Made by a program: the position numbers and the translations under genes. The notes beneath the pieces are model-generated. The model was not told the origin of the DNA and searched no databases. It saw only the letters and a list, made by a program, of their open reading frames with translations. Positions 1 to 9,336 of a stretch of DNA of 64,000 nucleotides are shown here, piece after piece (positions within the stretch are counted from its first letter, which is position 1; each line of letters begins with the position of its first letter). Where the stretch lies: the NCBI GenBank assembly GCA_012512925.1, contig JAAZDE010000119.1, positions 299 through 64,298 on the forward strand, given 5' to 3'. The DNA comes from Desulfuromonadaceae bacterium. GTDB taxonomy: Bacteria > Desulfobacterota > Desulfuromonadia > Desulfuromonadales > JAAYDE01.

Positions 1-1166
1 TGGTTTTCAGCTACTTCTATGGCTTCGAGGCCCTGTTCCATATGGAGACGGTGTGGCAATTCGGCCTCTACAACCTGATATTCGCCGTCACCGCGGGGAT
101 TGCCAGCTCCCTTGTGGGCTGGTTCTACGTGCGTTTTTTCTACAAGATATTCCACATCGCCCGCGCTTCCAAGCTGCCCGACTGGATCAAGCCCGGCATC
201 GGCGGCCTGCTGCACGGTTGCCTCGTCGCGATGATCGGCATGCAGCTCTGGGGGCTGGGCTACGGAGCCATGCAGGAGGCCATCGAGGGCTATTACGGAA
301 TCTGGTTTTTGCTGCTTCTTTGTTTCGGCAAGATCATCGGGACTGCCTTCACCGTGGCCAGCGGCGGGGCCGGCGGGGTACTGGCCCCCAGCCTCTACAT
401 CGGCTGCATGATGGGCGGTTTCCTGGGCCTGGCGTTTGAATCCTTTTTTCCCGTCGGAAATCCCATGGGCCTTTATGCGGTGATCGGCATGGCCGCCCTG
501 TTTTCCGCCGTCGGCAAGGTGCCTTTCTCCCTGCCCATTCTGCTTATGGAGGCAACGCGCAATTTCAGCGTCATTCTGCCTGTTTTCGTCGGCAGCGCGG
601 TAGGCTATGCACTTTCCGGCCCGTTCAAGATCTACGAGAGCCAGGAACCCTATCCCGCAGGAAAGGTCAGCGGAGGGTTCAACGCCCTCGGGGAAACGGA
701 AGCCGACCTTCTGGCCCCCTTTCCGGTGTCCGCCGCCATGGCCAAAGAACTCGATGTAATTGAAGAGGACACGTCCGTTTCCGGCATCCTGGCCAAATTC
801 AAGGAGAGCGACCATATCTTTTTTCCGGTGAGGGGAAAACAGGGTCACTACAAGGGAAGCATCGCCCTCGATCAGATGAAATCCCTGTTTTTGGAAGAGG
901 ATATCGACAAGTTTGTCATTGCCGGAGACGTGGCCGACATCGGCCATCCCTCAGTTACCAGCGACCTGAGCCTGGGAGAGGTCCTGCCGTTTTTTGACCA
1001 GGATGGGATTCGTTACCTGCCGGTAGTGGATGAGGAAAATATGCTGGTCGGGTTGCTGGACCGGCAGGAGGTGCTGCGCCTGTTGAAGCGCCAGATTCTC
1101 AACCGTACCGCCGGAATGGACTATGTTGGCAAATCCTCTTGGAAAAAGGATCTGGATGATCTGTGA
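1..1166 (+). CDS. ClC-family chloride channel/antiporter with C-terminal CBS-domain pair (5' end cut by window edge)
   Basis: Reading frame is open from base 3 to the listed ATG at 42, so the gene starts upstream of the window. It has a ClC-like glycine-rich segment GKIIGTAFTVASGGAGGVLAPSLYIGCMMGG and several hydrophobic helices. The C-terminus carries two CBS-like repeats (FFPVRGKQGHYKGSIALDQM and YLPVVDEENMLVGLLDRQEVL). Confidence 0.85.
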   Translation, partial: VFSYFYGFEALFHMETVWQFGLYNLIFAVTAGIASSLVGWFYVRFFYKIFHIARASKLPDWIKPGIGGLLHGCLVAMIGMQLWGLGYGAMQEAIEGYYGIWFLLLLCFGKIIGTAFTVASGGAGGVLAPSLYIGCMMGGFLGLAFESFFPVGNPMGLYAVIGMAALFSAVGKVPFSLPILLMEATRNFSVILPVFVGSAVGYALSGPFKIYESQEPYPAGKVSGGFNALGETEADLLAPFPVSAAMAKELDVIEEDTSVSGILAKFKESDHIFFPVRGKQGHYKGSIALDQMKSLFLEEDIDKFVIAGDVADIGHPSVTSDLSLGEVLPFFDQDGIRYLPVVDEENMLVGLLDRQEVLRLLKRQILNRTAGMDYVGKSSWKKDLDDL

Positions 1167-1242
1167 TTCCTGGTTGACAAGAAGGGTGTTTCCTGTCCCC
1201 GCAGAAAGAATTCCTGACGGAAGGGGCTTCCTTCGGTTCGTT

Positions 1243-1259
1243 TGGCCATAACCTTGCAT
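1243..1259 (+). promoter_or_regulatory. Candidate sigma-54 (RpoN) -24/-12 promoter
   Basis: TGGCCATAACCTTGCAT matches TGGCAC-N5-TTGCA. The GG (1244-1245) and GC (1256-1257) elements have the canonical spacing. The site lies about 120 nt upstream of the ATG at 1381. Confidence 0.45.
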
Positions 1260-1380
1260 AAAAAGCGGACTGAGAAAAACTCCCTTAATTTTTTGAAATG
1301 AAAACTTGAGGTGCTCGTGGCTTGATTTACGTGCCCGGCTTTGTTTTGTTTCCGTCAACTGGAAAAAAGGAGAAAGATTC

Positions 1381-1974
1381 ATGATGAACAAGAGTTTTTG
1401 CCTCTGTCTGCTTGCCTTTTTTGCCGCACTGATAATCGGGCCGCCCCTTTCCCGGGCGGAGACGCCGGTCGAAAAGGTCACCCACTACGCCAATACCAGG
1501 CTGATTCAATTTGCCGCCGACACTGTTATCGTGGATGCCGTAAAAGCTGAGAATTCCAAGGGAAAGACCCTCGATCAGATCAGGAAGGCGGATGAAAAAT
1601 GGATGACCACGGCGGGCCTCGACGATGTCATGAAAGGGATGATGACTTCACCCGTGGGCAAGCACCTGCTCGAAATACGTGACATGTATCCGTTTTTGCG
1701 GGAAATTTTCCTGGTGGACAACCAGGGGGCCAATATCGCCATGTCGGAAAAAACCTCCGACTACTGGCAGGGGGATGAAGCTAAATTCCAGAAATCCTTT
1801 GATAAGGGAGTGGGAACGGTGTTTGTCGATGATGTCAGGTTCGATCGCAGCACCAAGGCTTTTCTTGCTCATGTTTCGGTGCCGGTTATCGAAAGTGACA
1901 GGGCCATCGGAGTACTCGTCTTCGGTGTCGACATGGACAAATTTTGGCTTATTCCTGCCGACCAACTCAAATAA
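1381..1974 (+). CDS. Secreted/periplasmic Cache/PDC-like sensor-domain protein
   Basis: ATG at 1381 is preceded by AAAAGGAGAAAG (Shine-Dalgarno, SD). The N-terminal signal peptide is MMNKSFCLCLLAFFAALIIGPPLSRAE. The mature part resembles single Cache/PDC extracytoplasmic ligand-binding domains (FLVDNQGANIAMSEKTSDYWQGDE). The family call is from memory, not from a search. Confidence 0.55.
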   Translation: MMNKSFCLCLLAFFAALIIGPPLSRAETPVEKVTHYANTRLIQFAADTVIVDAVKAENSKGKTLDQIRKADEKWMTTAGLDDVMKGMMTSPVGKHLLEIRDMYPFLREIFLVDNQGANIAMSEKTSDYWQGDEAKFQKSFDKGVGTVFVDDVRFDRSTKAFLAHVSVPVIESDRAIGVLVFGVDMDKFWLIPADQLK

Positions 1975-2461
1975 AGCCGCGGATTTTATGGTTTCCGGCC
2001 GGCTCTAAGGAAACCGCGACATTAATTCAACGGGAAGTAAATGCGGGGGGGGACATGCTGTTCCTCCCCGCTTTCAATTTTGTCGATGGATTTTGTCGCG
2101 GTGAATGAGGATCCCGCCGCAGGATCAAAAAGGTTGAAGGTTCGCTGTCGCAAAATGGCGATTTTTTTCCCGTCGAAACGGGTTGTGGAAAAAATGCCAC
2201 AATACACTCCCCGGCGAGCAGGGCAAACCTGTCTGCCTGGTTCTTGTGGATTTCGCTGGAAGAGTCCTTCAAGTATTTGAAAATTATGGATAAAAAAAGC
2301 CCCCTGTGAAGGAGGTAAAACACAAGGGGCGACCGAAGAAATGGCATTCCCGCTGGAAGGAATGCGTTGTTGCCAATAAATTCTGCAAAATATGCGCCTT
2401 TTCGAGAATGAATTTTTTTAGAGTGACATACCAGTTTAGGCAGGGTCCATGCAAAAGACAA

Positions 2462-2495
2462 AAAGCATCCTTTTTACAAAGTGATGCTTTTTTTG
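2462..2495 (+). terminator. Terminator-like hairpin plus T-run about 50 nt upstream of the GGDEF/EAL gene
   Basis: AAAGCATC (2462-2469) pairs with GATGCTTT (2483-2490) across a 13-nt loop and is followed by a TTTTTTT run. The preceding + strand gene ends 490 nt upstream. Confidence 0.45.
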
Positions 2496-2546
2496 TTAAA
2501 TTTTTTTAAAGCCCGAATCAACGACAATTTTGTACAGGGTTGGCTT

Positions 2547-5500
2547 ATGAAACGGGAACAGCGGGTAATCCTGGCATGTTTAGGGTTGGGGGCGTTATAT
2601 TGGATGGTGGAGGCGCTACTCGACTTCCTTTCTTTCGGCGGAAAACCCTTTCTGGCCTCTCTTGCCACCGGTCTTTCTCCCCTTCAGATCGGCACCCGTC
2701 TTGGTGGCTCCGCCTTTTTCATGGTCTTCGGAATCTATCTCGCCAAATTGTTGTCTGAACCGGGCAGGACCGCGACGGAAATCGGACATCTCAACGCTGT
2801 CTTGAGCGGCATCCGCCGCGTCAATCAACTGATCACCAAGGAAACCGAACCCGGTCGACTGATTCAGGGCGTTTGCCGGAGCCTCAGGGAAGCCCTCGGC
2901 TGTCCTCAGGTTTTTGTAGTGTTGATGGATCCGTCGGGAGAGGCCATCACCAAAGTGGCCACCGCCGGTTATGAGGTAAACGGCGTGGAAGAGCTTCCCC
3001 GGCCGTTTCAGCTGGAAAAACTTCGCTCCTTCTCCCGCAAACTTCTGGACAGGGGAGAGGTGGTGGTCGCCCCTGGGAAGGCAACGGTGGATGACGACGG
3101 CTTTTTCTTCCGCTCCAGCCCCGGCCATGGTCTCCTCTTTGCGCCCCTTGTCCATGGCCATGAACGGTTAGGGGTCATCGGGGTCTCGGTTCCACTGGAG
3201 CATATTCATAACCGGCAGTCGGCTCTCCTTTTCAGGGAGGTGGCCGAGGATATCGCCTTCGGCGTGTGCAGGATATCCACCGAGGAGCGGATTCATCTGC
3301 AGGCGCAGATCCTGGACGAGATTCGCGACCAGGTGGCGGTAACCGATCTCGACGGGCGAATCCACTTTGTCAATCGCGCCATCTGCCGGGCATTGAAGCG
3401 GGACGAGCCGGAACTGATGGGACAGTCGACCACCATCTTTGGCGAGAATCCGGCGAAAGGAACCCTCCAGCAGGAAATCGTCGAGAGAACCCGCAGGGAA
3501 GGGGAGTGGCGGGGAGAGGCGGTGCATATCGCCGCCGATGGCACCGAGACGGTCATGGATTGTCATGCCTGGCTGGTCCTCGATGCCGAAGGACAGCCCC
3601 GCTACCTGGCCGGGATCGCCCGCGACATCACGGATGCCAAAAGGCTTGAGGAAAAACTGGCCGAATCGCGGCGGGAAATAAAGACTCTTCTCGACAATCT
3701 GCCTGGCATGGCCTACCGCTGCCGAAACGATTCGAACTGGGAGATGTTTTTCATCAGTGATGGATGCCGCCGGTTGACCGGTTATGATCCGGCGGAGATG
3801 ATGGTGGGCGGCATCATGACCTATGGGGAGGTGATCCATCCTGATGATCGGCAGAAGGTCTGGGAAGGTATTCAGGAGGCGATCCGTGTTCACAGCCCCT
3901 TCCAGCTCGAATACCGCATTCGGCGCAAGGACGGCCGGGAGCGGTGGGTCTGGGAGCAGGGCAGGGTGGTGACAGGGGGGTCTTCTGGGGAGGTGATCCT
4001 GGAAGGGTTGATTCTCGACATCACCCAGCGCCATTTGATCCAGGATGCCTTGCGGGAGAGCGAAGCCCGGTTCCGCTGCGCCCAGCGGATCGCCCATGTG
4101 GGGAGTTGGGAATTTGACATGGTCAGTGAAAGGGTGACGGCTTCCGAAGAGGCTCACCGGATTTATGGGTTGCCCATGGAGCGGCAATGGACCATTGCCG
4201 AGGTGCGGGAGATTGCCCTGCCGGAGTATCGGCCGGTGCTGACGGAGGCACTCAGGGCCCTTGTCGAAAACGGCACACCCTATGAAACCGATTACCAGAT
4301 CCGGCGTCCCTCCGATGGTGCCTTGATCGATATCCACGCCATGGCCGAGTACGATTTCGAGAGGCGGAGGGTTCTCGGCGCCCTGCAGGATGTGACCCGG
4401 CAGAAACGGGACGCGGTACGTCTGCAACAGACCACCAGTACTCTGGAGGCTGTTTATCGGGCATCCCCTCTACCTCTGTTCGCCTTGGATACGGAAAACC
4501 GGGTGACCCATTGGAACCAGGCTTCGGAGGCGCTGTTCGGCTGGCGGGAAGTGGAGGTCGTGGGGCGGCCCTTGCCGATAATTCCCGAAAGCACGGAGCT
4601 TGTCGCCGAAGAATTCAAGCAGCTTCTGCTCGCAGGGGAATCGATTGCAGGGATGGAGTATGAGCCGGTGCGCCGTAACGGAACGCGGGTGCCTTCCCTG
4701 CTTTTTGCCTCTCCGGTCTGGGACGCGCAAAATCGCATTGTCGGCGCCATCGCCATCCTGATGGATAATACCGAGCAGAAAAAAATCCAGAGAAAAATGT
4801 CCTTTCTCGCCTATCACGATCCATTGACCGGCCTTTCCAACCGCAGTCATATGAAGGAGCGCTTCAACCAGGAGAAGAGCCGGGCCTTCAGAAGCCGGAG
4901 CCGCATCGCTCTCTGCCTGATCGATCTGGATCGCTTCAAACTGGTCAACGACACCTTTGGACATCCCAGCGGAGACGAGTTGCTTTGTCAGATAGCGATC
5001 CGTCTTCTCGGTTTTGTCCGCAGCACCGACCTGGTCTGCCGTCCGGGGGGGGATGAATTTCTGGTCATGCTGACCGACATAAAAAAATTGGACGCACTTA
5101 CGGTGCTGGTCCGCAAGATCCGGGATCTTTTCGCCGATCCCTTTGTTCTCGAAGGGAAATCTTTCAAGATTACGGCCAGTATCGGCATCAGCCTCTATCC
5201 CGACGACGGGACCGAGATCCACCAACTGTTCAAGAACGCCGACAACGCCATGTATCATGCCAAGGAGATGGGGAGCAACAATTTCCAATTTTACCGGAAA
5301 GAAATGGACCACAGGGTCCGCGACCGGATGTTCCTGGAAAATGGGCTCCGTCATGCCCTCGACAACGGTGAGCTTTCCCTCCATTACCAGCCCCAGATCG
5401 ATTTTGCTTCGCAACGGGTGATTGGCGCGGAGGCACTGCTGCGCTGGCATCACCCCGACCAGGGCTTGATTGCTCCCGCCCGGTTTATCCCCGTGGCCGA

Positions 5501-6113
5501 GGACACCGGGATGATCATTCCCATCGGCCGGTGGGTGATCGGGGAGGCCTGTCGCCAGTTGCGATGCTGGCGGCAGGCCGGCTATGGGGATCTGGTCGTG
5601 TCGGTCAACCTGTCGACGGTGCAATTGTTCGACGAGGGTTTTTCCGCCAAAGTGGAGGAAGAAATGAGCCGACATGGGGTGGAGGGCGGCTCACTCGCTT
5701 TTGAACTGACCGAATCGGTGTTCATGAAGGACCAGGATATCCTTCGTGAAAAGATACTTAAGCTGAAAAGCTGCGGCGTCGAGTTCTACCTGGATGATTT
5801 CGGGACAGGTTATTCCAGTCTCAGTTACCTCAAACGGTTCGAGGTCGACAAGCTGAAGATCGACAAATCCTTTATCCGGGATATAAACTATAATCCAGAC
5901 GACCTGATCCTGGTCACCACCATGATCAAGATGGCTCACAGTCTGGGCATCAAAGTGATCGCCGAAGGGGTGGAAACCCGGGAGCAGTTCGGCCTCTTGG
6001 CGCGCCACCGCTGTGACCACTATCAGGGTTTTCTCTGCACCAAAGCCTTGCCATGCCTGGAGTTCAATAGTTTTTTGGATAAAGGCACGGGAAACGTCGC
6101 GCAACGGGAGTAA
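2547..6113 (+). CDS. Membrane-anchored multidomain c-di-GMP signalling protein (TM - GAF - multiple PAS/PAC - GGDEF - EAL)
   Basis: Preferred start is the ATG at 2547 (MKREQRVILACLGLGALYW, hydrophobic N-terminus); the ORF is open from 2481. Repeated PAS/PAC signatures are present (for example RKDGRERWVWEQGRVV and ARDITDAKRLEEKL). The GGDEF site is intact (RPGGDEFLVML). EAL-domain motifs are intact (EALLRW, ELTES, DDFGTGYSSLSYL). Confidence 0.9.
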   Translation: MKREQRVILACLGLGALYWMVEALLDFLSFGGKPFLASLATGLSPLQIGTRLGGSAFFMVFGIYLAKLLSEPGRTATEIGHLNAVLSGIRRVNQLITKETEPGRLIQGVCRSLREALGCPQVFVVLMDPSGEAITKVATAGYEVNGVEELPRPFQLEKLRSFSRKLLDRGEVVVAPGKATVDDDGFFFRSSPGHGLLFAPLVHGHERLGVIGVSVPLEHIHNRQSALLFREVAEDIAFGVCRISTEERIHLQAQILDEIRDQVAVTDLDGRIHFVNRAICRALKRDEPELMGQSTTIFGENPAKGTLQQEIVERTRREGEWRGEAVHIAADGTETVMDCHAWLVLDAEGQPRYLAGIARDITDAKRLEEKLAESRREIKTLLDNLPGMAYRCRNDSNWEMFFISDGCRRLTGYDPAEMMVGGIMTYGEVIHPDDRQKVWEGIQEAIRVHSPFQLEYRIRRKDGRERWVWEQGRVVTGGSSGEVILEGLILDITQRHLIQDALRESEARFRCAQRIAHVGSWEFDMVSERVTASEEAHRIYGLPMERQWTIAEVREIALPEYRPVLTEALRALVENGTPYETDYQIRRPSDGALIDIHAMAEYDFERRRVLGALQDVTRQKRDAVRLQQTTSTLEAVYRASPLPLFALDTENRVTHWNQASEALFGWREVEVVGRPLPIIPESTELVAEEFKQLLLAGESIAGMEYEPVRRNGTRVPSLLFASPVWDAQNRIVGAIAILMDNTEQKKIQRKMSFLAYHDPLTGLSNRSHMKERFNQEKSRAFRSRSRIALCLIDLDRFKLVNDTFGHPSGDELLCQIAIRLLGFVRSTDLVCRPGGDEFLVMLTDIKKLDALTVLVRKIRDLFADPFVLEGKSFKITASIGISLYPDDGTEIHQLFKNADNAMYHAKEMGSNNFQFYRKEMDHRVRDRMFLENGLRHALDNGELSLHYQPQIDFASQRVIGAEALLRWHHPDQGLIAPARFIPVAEDTGMIIPIGRWVIGEACRQLRCWRQAGYGDLVVSVNLSTVQLFDEGFSAKVEEEMSRHGVEGGSLAFELTESVFMKDQDILREKILKLKSCGVEFYLDDFGTGYSSLSYLKRFEVDKLKIDKSFIRDINYNPDDLILVTTMIKMAHSLGIKVIAEGVETREQFGLLARHRCDHYQGFLCTKALPCLEFNSFLDKGTGNVAQRE

Positions 6114-6297
6114 CCGTCCTCAATGACACTGAAAAAAGAGAGGGAGAAACCCAGAGCAAAGAAAATTTTGTCAGTCCGCCTATGGATTTTTTTTAAAAAA
6201 GGTTTAGTATATGCAGGTGGTTGTTTCTTTCCTGCTGAAATATTCTTGGCTGCGATAATAATTTGTCATAACAGTGTGGAAAGGAGTGGGCAGACCC

Positions 6298-6870
6298 GTG
6301 GAAGAAAACGAGAAGCGGAACCTTGATTCCCATGACCTGGGGTCGGCGGGTGGCGGGCTATCCGCCGTGCTGGCTATACCTCCCATCCCCGCTGACCAGT
6401 ATGAGCTTCGAATTCTCAAATCCCTCCGCCAGATCATCCGCGCCGTGGAGGTGCATTCCCGCAAGCTGGATCACGATTTTCAGATCACCGGGCCTCAATT
6501 GGCCTGCCTGCTGGTGATCCGGGGAAAAACCCGGATATCGGTGACCCGGCTTGCCCAGGCGGTCTTTCTGAGTCCCGGAACGGTGGTCGGCATCGTCGAC
6601 CGGCTGGAAGAGAAGGGACTGGTGGAGCGCCACCGCAGCAAGGAGGACCGCCGCCTGGTGGAAATCTCCATCACCGACGCCGGCAAAAGTCTGTCCGACA
6701 AAGCTCCTTCTCCCATTCATGGCATACTGGCTTCGGCTCTGAGGGAATTGCCCGACAATGAGCAGATATCCATCGCCGAGGCTTTGGACAAACTGGTTCG
6801 CCTGATGAATGCGGGGGGGATCGATGCCGGCCCGATTCTGACTATCGGCCCGATGAGCGGCAATCCCTAG
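6298..6870 (+). CDS. MarR-family transcriptional regulator
   Basis: Winged-helix MarR core: ITGPQLACLLVIRGKTRISVTRLAQAVFLSPGTVVGIVDRLEEKGLVERHRSKEDRRLVEISITDAGKSL. Start is taken as the GTG at 6298, 11 nt after AAGGAG; the alternative GTG at 6274 cannot be excluded. Confidence 0.8.
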   Translation: MEENEKRNLDSHDLGSAGGGLSAVLAIPPIPADQYELRILKSLRQIIRAVEVHSRKLDHDFQITGPQLACLLVIRGKTRISVTRLAQAVFLSPGTVVGIVDRLEEKGLVERHRSKEDRRLVEISITDAGKSLSDKAPSPIHGILASALRELPDNEQISIAEALDKLVRLMNAGGIDAGPILTIGPMSGNP

Positions 6871-6907
6871 TCCGGCCGATTTATTCACGGCAGCAGATCT
6901 TTTCTTG

Positions 6908-6944
6908 GTGACTCTCCGAAAAACTGGAGAGGTCGCCTTTTTGT
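6908..6944 (+). terminator. Probable intrinsic terminator after marR-family gene
   Basis: GACTCTCC ... GGAGAGGTC hairpin with one bulge, followed by GCCTTTTTG. Confidence 0.45.
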
Positions 6945-7038
6945 GTTCATGGCCCGGTTTTGGCTCCGTGCCCTTTGGCGCTCCTTTTTGCCGCTTGTTC
7001 CGCCGCGCCTCCGGCGGCGTTGGCGCGGCGCTTTCCGC

Positions 7039-9135
7039 TCAGCCGGCTCGGAGTTTCAGTATCCTGAAAAGACTGGAAAAGTCGTCGCTGAAAACGAGCG
7101 GCCGCGGGTCGGTTTCCTGCCAGGGTTGATGCTGGGGGGCCATTCTGAGGCGCTCCGCCGCCTGCCGGTTGGCTGTCACCGCCACCCACAGGGAGAAATC
7201 GCGCCCTTCTCCCTCCTCCTTGCCGGCCGTCAGGCGCACCGCCTGATAGCCGACTTTTTCGGCCAGACCGCGGACCACCGGACAGAGTCTGACAAACCGG
7301 TTGGTGACATGGAACAGAAGGATGCCGTCGGGGCGGAGATGTTTGAGGTAGATTTCCAGACTCTCTTCGGTCAGCAGATGGAGGGGGATGGCGTCGCTGG
7401 TAAAAGCGTCGATGAAAAGGGTATCGAACTGGTGGGAACCGGTCGCCCTGAATTCCTTCTCCAGAGCGAGGCGGCCATCGTCGATGATGACCTCCACTTC
7501 GGCTTGGGAATCCGCCAGAAAACTGAAGTGGCGGCGGGCGATCTCGATGACCTGCGGGTTGATTTCATAAAAGCGGAACCGGTCTCCGGGGAGGCCGTAG
7601 GCCGCCAAGGTGCCTATGCCGGTGCCGATGACTCCTATCCGTCGCGGCTCGGCGATCCCATTCCCCTTTCTATCTTCGCCAGGCAGAGTGAACAGGAGCT
7701 GGGCGGGGCTGCCAAAGGCATAATAGGCGGTGGGGCGGCGCCGCCGTTTTTCATCCTGGAACTGGAAACCGTGCATGATGTTGCCGTTGACCAGGATTTT
7801 GGTTGGGCCATTATCCCTGTGGCCGGAGCGCACTGTCAGGGTTCCGTAAAAGTTGCGGCTTTTTTCCAGAATCCACGGTTCTTTTTCGAGCAACCCCTTT
7901 GTTTTGATCATCGGAAAGGCCAGGACGCAGCCGGCCAGGATCATGGTGACCCAGAACAGCGGCTGTCCGAGGTCGATTCGCCAGGCGCCTTGCTTCGTCC
8001 AGAGGAGAAGGATGACTGCGCAGATGGCGATCAGGACGATTTCGTATTCCTGGAATGAAGTGAAGAGCAGTGGGGCGCCGAGGTTGACGAAGAGCCCTCC
8101 CAGCGCACCTCCCAGGGCCAGGCAGAGATAGAAAAAGGTGAGGTGGGCGGAGCTTGCCGGCCTCATTTTGTATAATTCCCCGTGGCAGAGCATGCAGGCG
8201 GCGAAGAGCAGAAGGGGATAGAGAGACAATTGTGCCCAGAGAGGAATTTGGGGTCCGGCATAGAATGCGTACCAGCCCAAAGGGGCGAGAATGGCGAACC
8301 CCGCTCCCCACAGGGGACGGCGGTACCATCGCTCCGATTCAAAGGTGAGGATGAAAGAGAGGAGATACAGGGTCAGGGGCAGCAGCCAAAGAAAGGGGAC
8401 CGAGGCTACCTCCTGGCAGAGCTGGTTGGTGACGGCCAGCAGCATGGCCGAGCCGAGGGCCGAAAGCAGCAGCCAGAGGAGGATACAGCCCGTGGAAGTT
8501 TTGGGGGTGGCATCGGGAGATGCTGCCATGGTTCCCAGGTCGGACCCGGGAGGTGTCGGGGGGGTGTAACGCCACAGGCAGAGCCCATGGCCCAGGGCGA
8601 AAAGGAGGTATCCGCCGCTCCAGATTCGGGATTGTGCCGGTAGCGTCAGCAGCGGCTCCGTGATCAGCGGATAGGAAATCAGCGCCAGCAGGGAGCCGAC
8701 GTTGGAGAGGGCATAAAGGCGATAGGGCGAGATGGCGGGAAAGGAGCGGCTGAAACGGTACTGCATCAGCGGGGCGGTGGTGGCGAGAAGAAAAAAGGGA
8801 AGCCCGATGGTGAACCCCAGAGTCAGCCAGATTTGCAGCGGGGGCGCGAATTCTGTGCTGTCGGCAAACAGCTCGTAAGAGGGAACGATCGGCAGCAGCA
8901 TCAGTGAGGCGGCAAGTAAAAAAACCTGGAGACGGTTCTGCCGCGAAAGCCTGATGCCACTCAACCAGTGGGCGTAGCTGTAGCCGCCCAGAAGAAAGAT
9001 TTGAAAAAAAAGCATACAGGCGGTCCAGACCGCAGGAGCGCCGCCAAACCAGGGGAGAAGGTAGCGCCCCATCAGGGGCTGGACGCTGAAAAGCAGAAAA
9101 GCGCTGAGGAAAATGGTCAGGGCGAAGGCGGGCAT
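7039..9135 (-). CDS. Fused polytopic membrane domain / spermidine-synthase-like (class I SAM-dependent aminopropyltransferase fold) protein
   Basis: The N-terminal ~420 aa are highly hydrophobic with many TM helices. The C-terminal domain carries spermidine-synthase-like motifs (IGVIGTGIGTLAAYG, VEVIIDDGRLAL, FDTLFIDAFTSDAIPLHLLTEE, LRPDGILLFHVTN). Confidence 0.75.
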   Translation of the reverse strand: MPAFALTIFLSAFLLFSVQPLMGRYLLPWFGGAPAVWTACMLFFQIFLLGGYSYAHWLSGIRLSRQNRLQVFLLAASLMLLPIVPSYELFADSTEFAPPLQIWLTLGFTIGLPFFLLATTAPLMQYRFSRSFPAISPYRLYALSNVGSLLALISYPLITEPLLTLPAQSRIWSGGYLLFALGHGLCLWRYTPPTPPGSDLGTMAASPDATPKTSTGCILLWLLLSALGSAMLLAVTNQLCQEVASVPFLWLLPLTLYLLSFILTFESERWYRRPLWGAGFAILAPLGWYAFYAGPQIPLWAQLSLYPLLLFAACMLCHGELYKMRPASSAHLTFFYLCLALGGALGGLFVNLGAPLLFTSFQEYEIVLIAICAVILLLWTKQGAWRIDLGQPLFWVTMILAGCVLAFPMIKTKGLLEKEPWILEKSRNFYGTLTVRSGHRDNGPTKILVNGNIMHGFQFQDEKRRRRPTAYYAFGSPAQLLFTLPGEDRKGNGIAEPRRIGVIGTGIGTLAAYGLPGDRFRFYEINPQVIEIARRHFSFLADSQAEVEVIIDDGRLALEKEFRATGSHQFDTLFIDAFTSDAIPLHLLTEESLEIYLKHLRPDGILLFHVTNRFVRLCPVVRGLAEKVGYQAVRLTAGKEEGEGRDFSLWVAVTANRQAAERLRMAPQHQPWQETDPRPLVFSDDFSSLFRILKLRAG

Positions 9136-9336
9136 ATCGAGTCCTCAATAATCTGGCTCTGAAAATTGCTTTTTTGCCGGCCTGACAAATATCCCAGTTT
9201 TGTGGAATTTTCCCAGGGAAGGTCAACCTGGGTAAAAAAGGGTTTTGCCGAGGCGGTTCTTCCATTACTATCTTTCATGGGATATCTCCCCTAACGGATG
9301 GCCAACCCCAGCAGGGAAAAGGATCGACGAAGGATC

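Noticed and set aside
2219-2229. CAGGGCAAACC, identical to the conserved 5' core of GEMM-I (c-di-GMP/cGAMP) riboswitches, upstream of a GGDEF/EAL gene.
   Set aside because: The rest of the aptamer is missing on both strands: the GNRA-capped P1b and the GGGACGCAAAGCC-CCGG tetraloop-receptor half. An 11-mer alone is insufficient. An Infernal scan with RF01051 would settle it.
9154-9170. Sigma-54-like TGGCTCTGAAAATTGCT in the divergent spacer at 9136-9336.
   Set aside because: The GG-to-GC spacing is one nucleotide longer than the canonical -24/-12 spacing, and sigma-54 tolerates this poorly.
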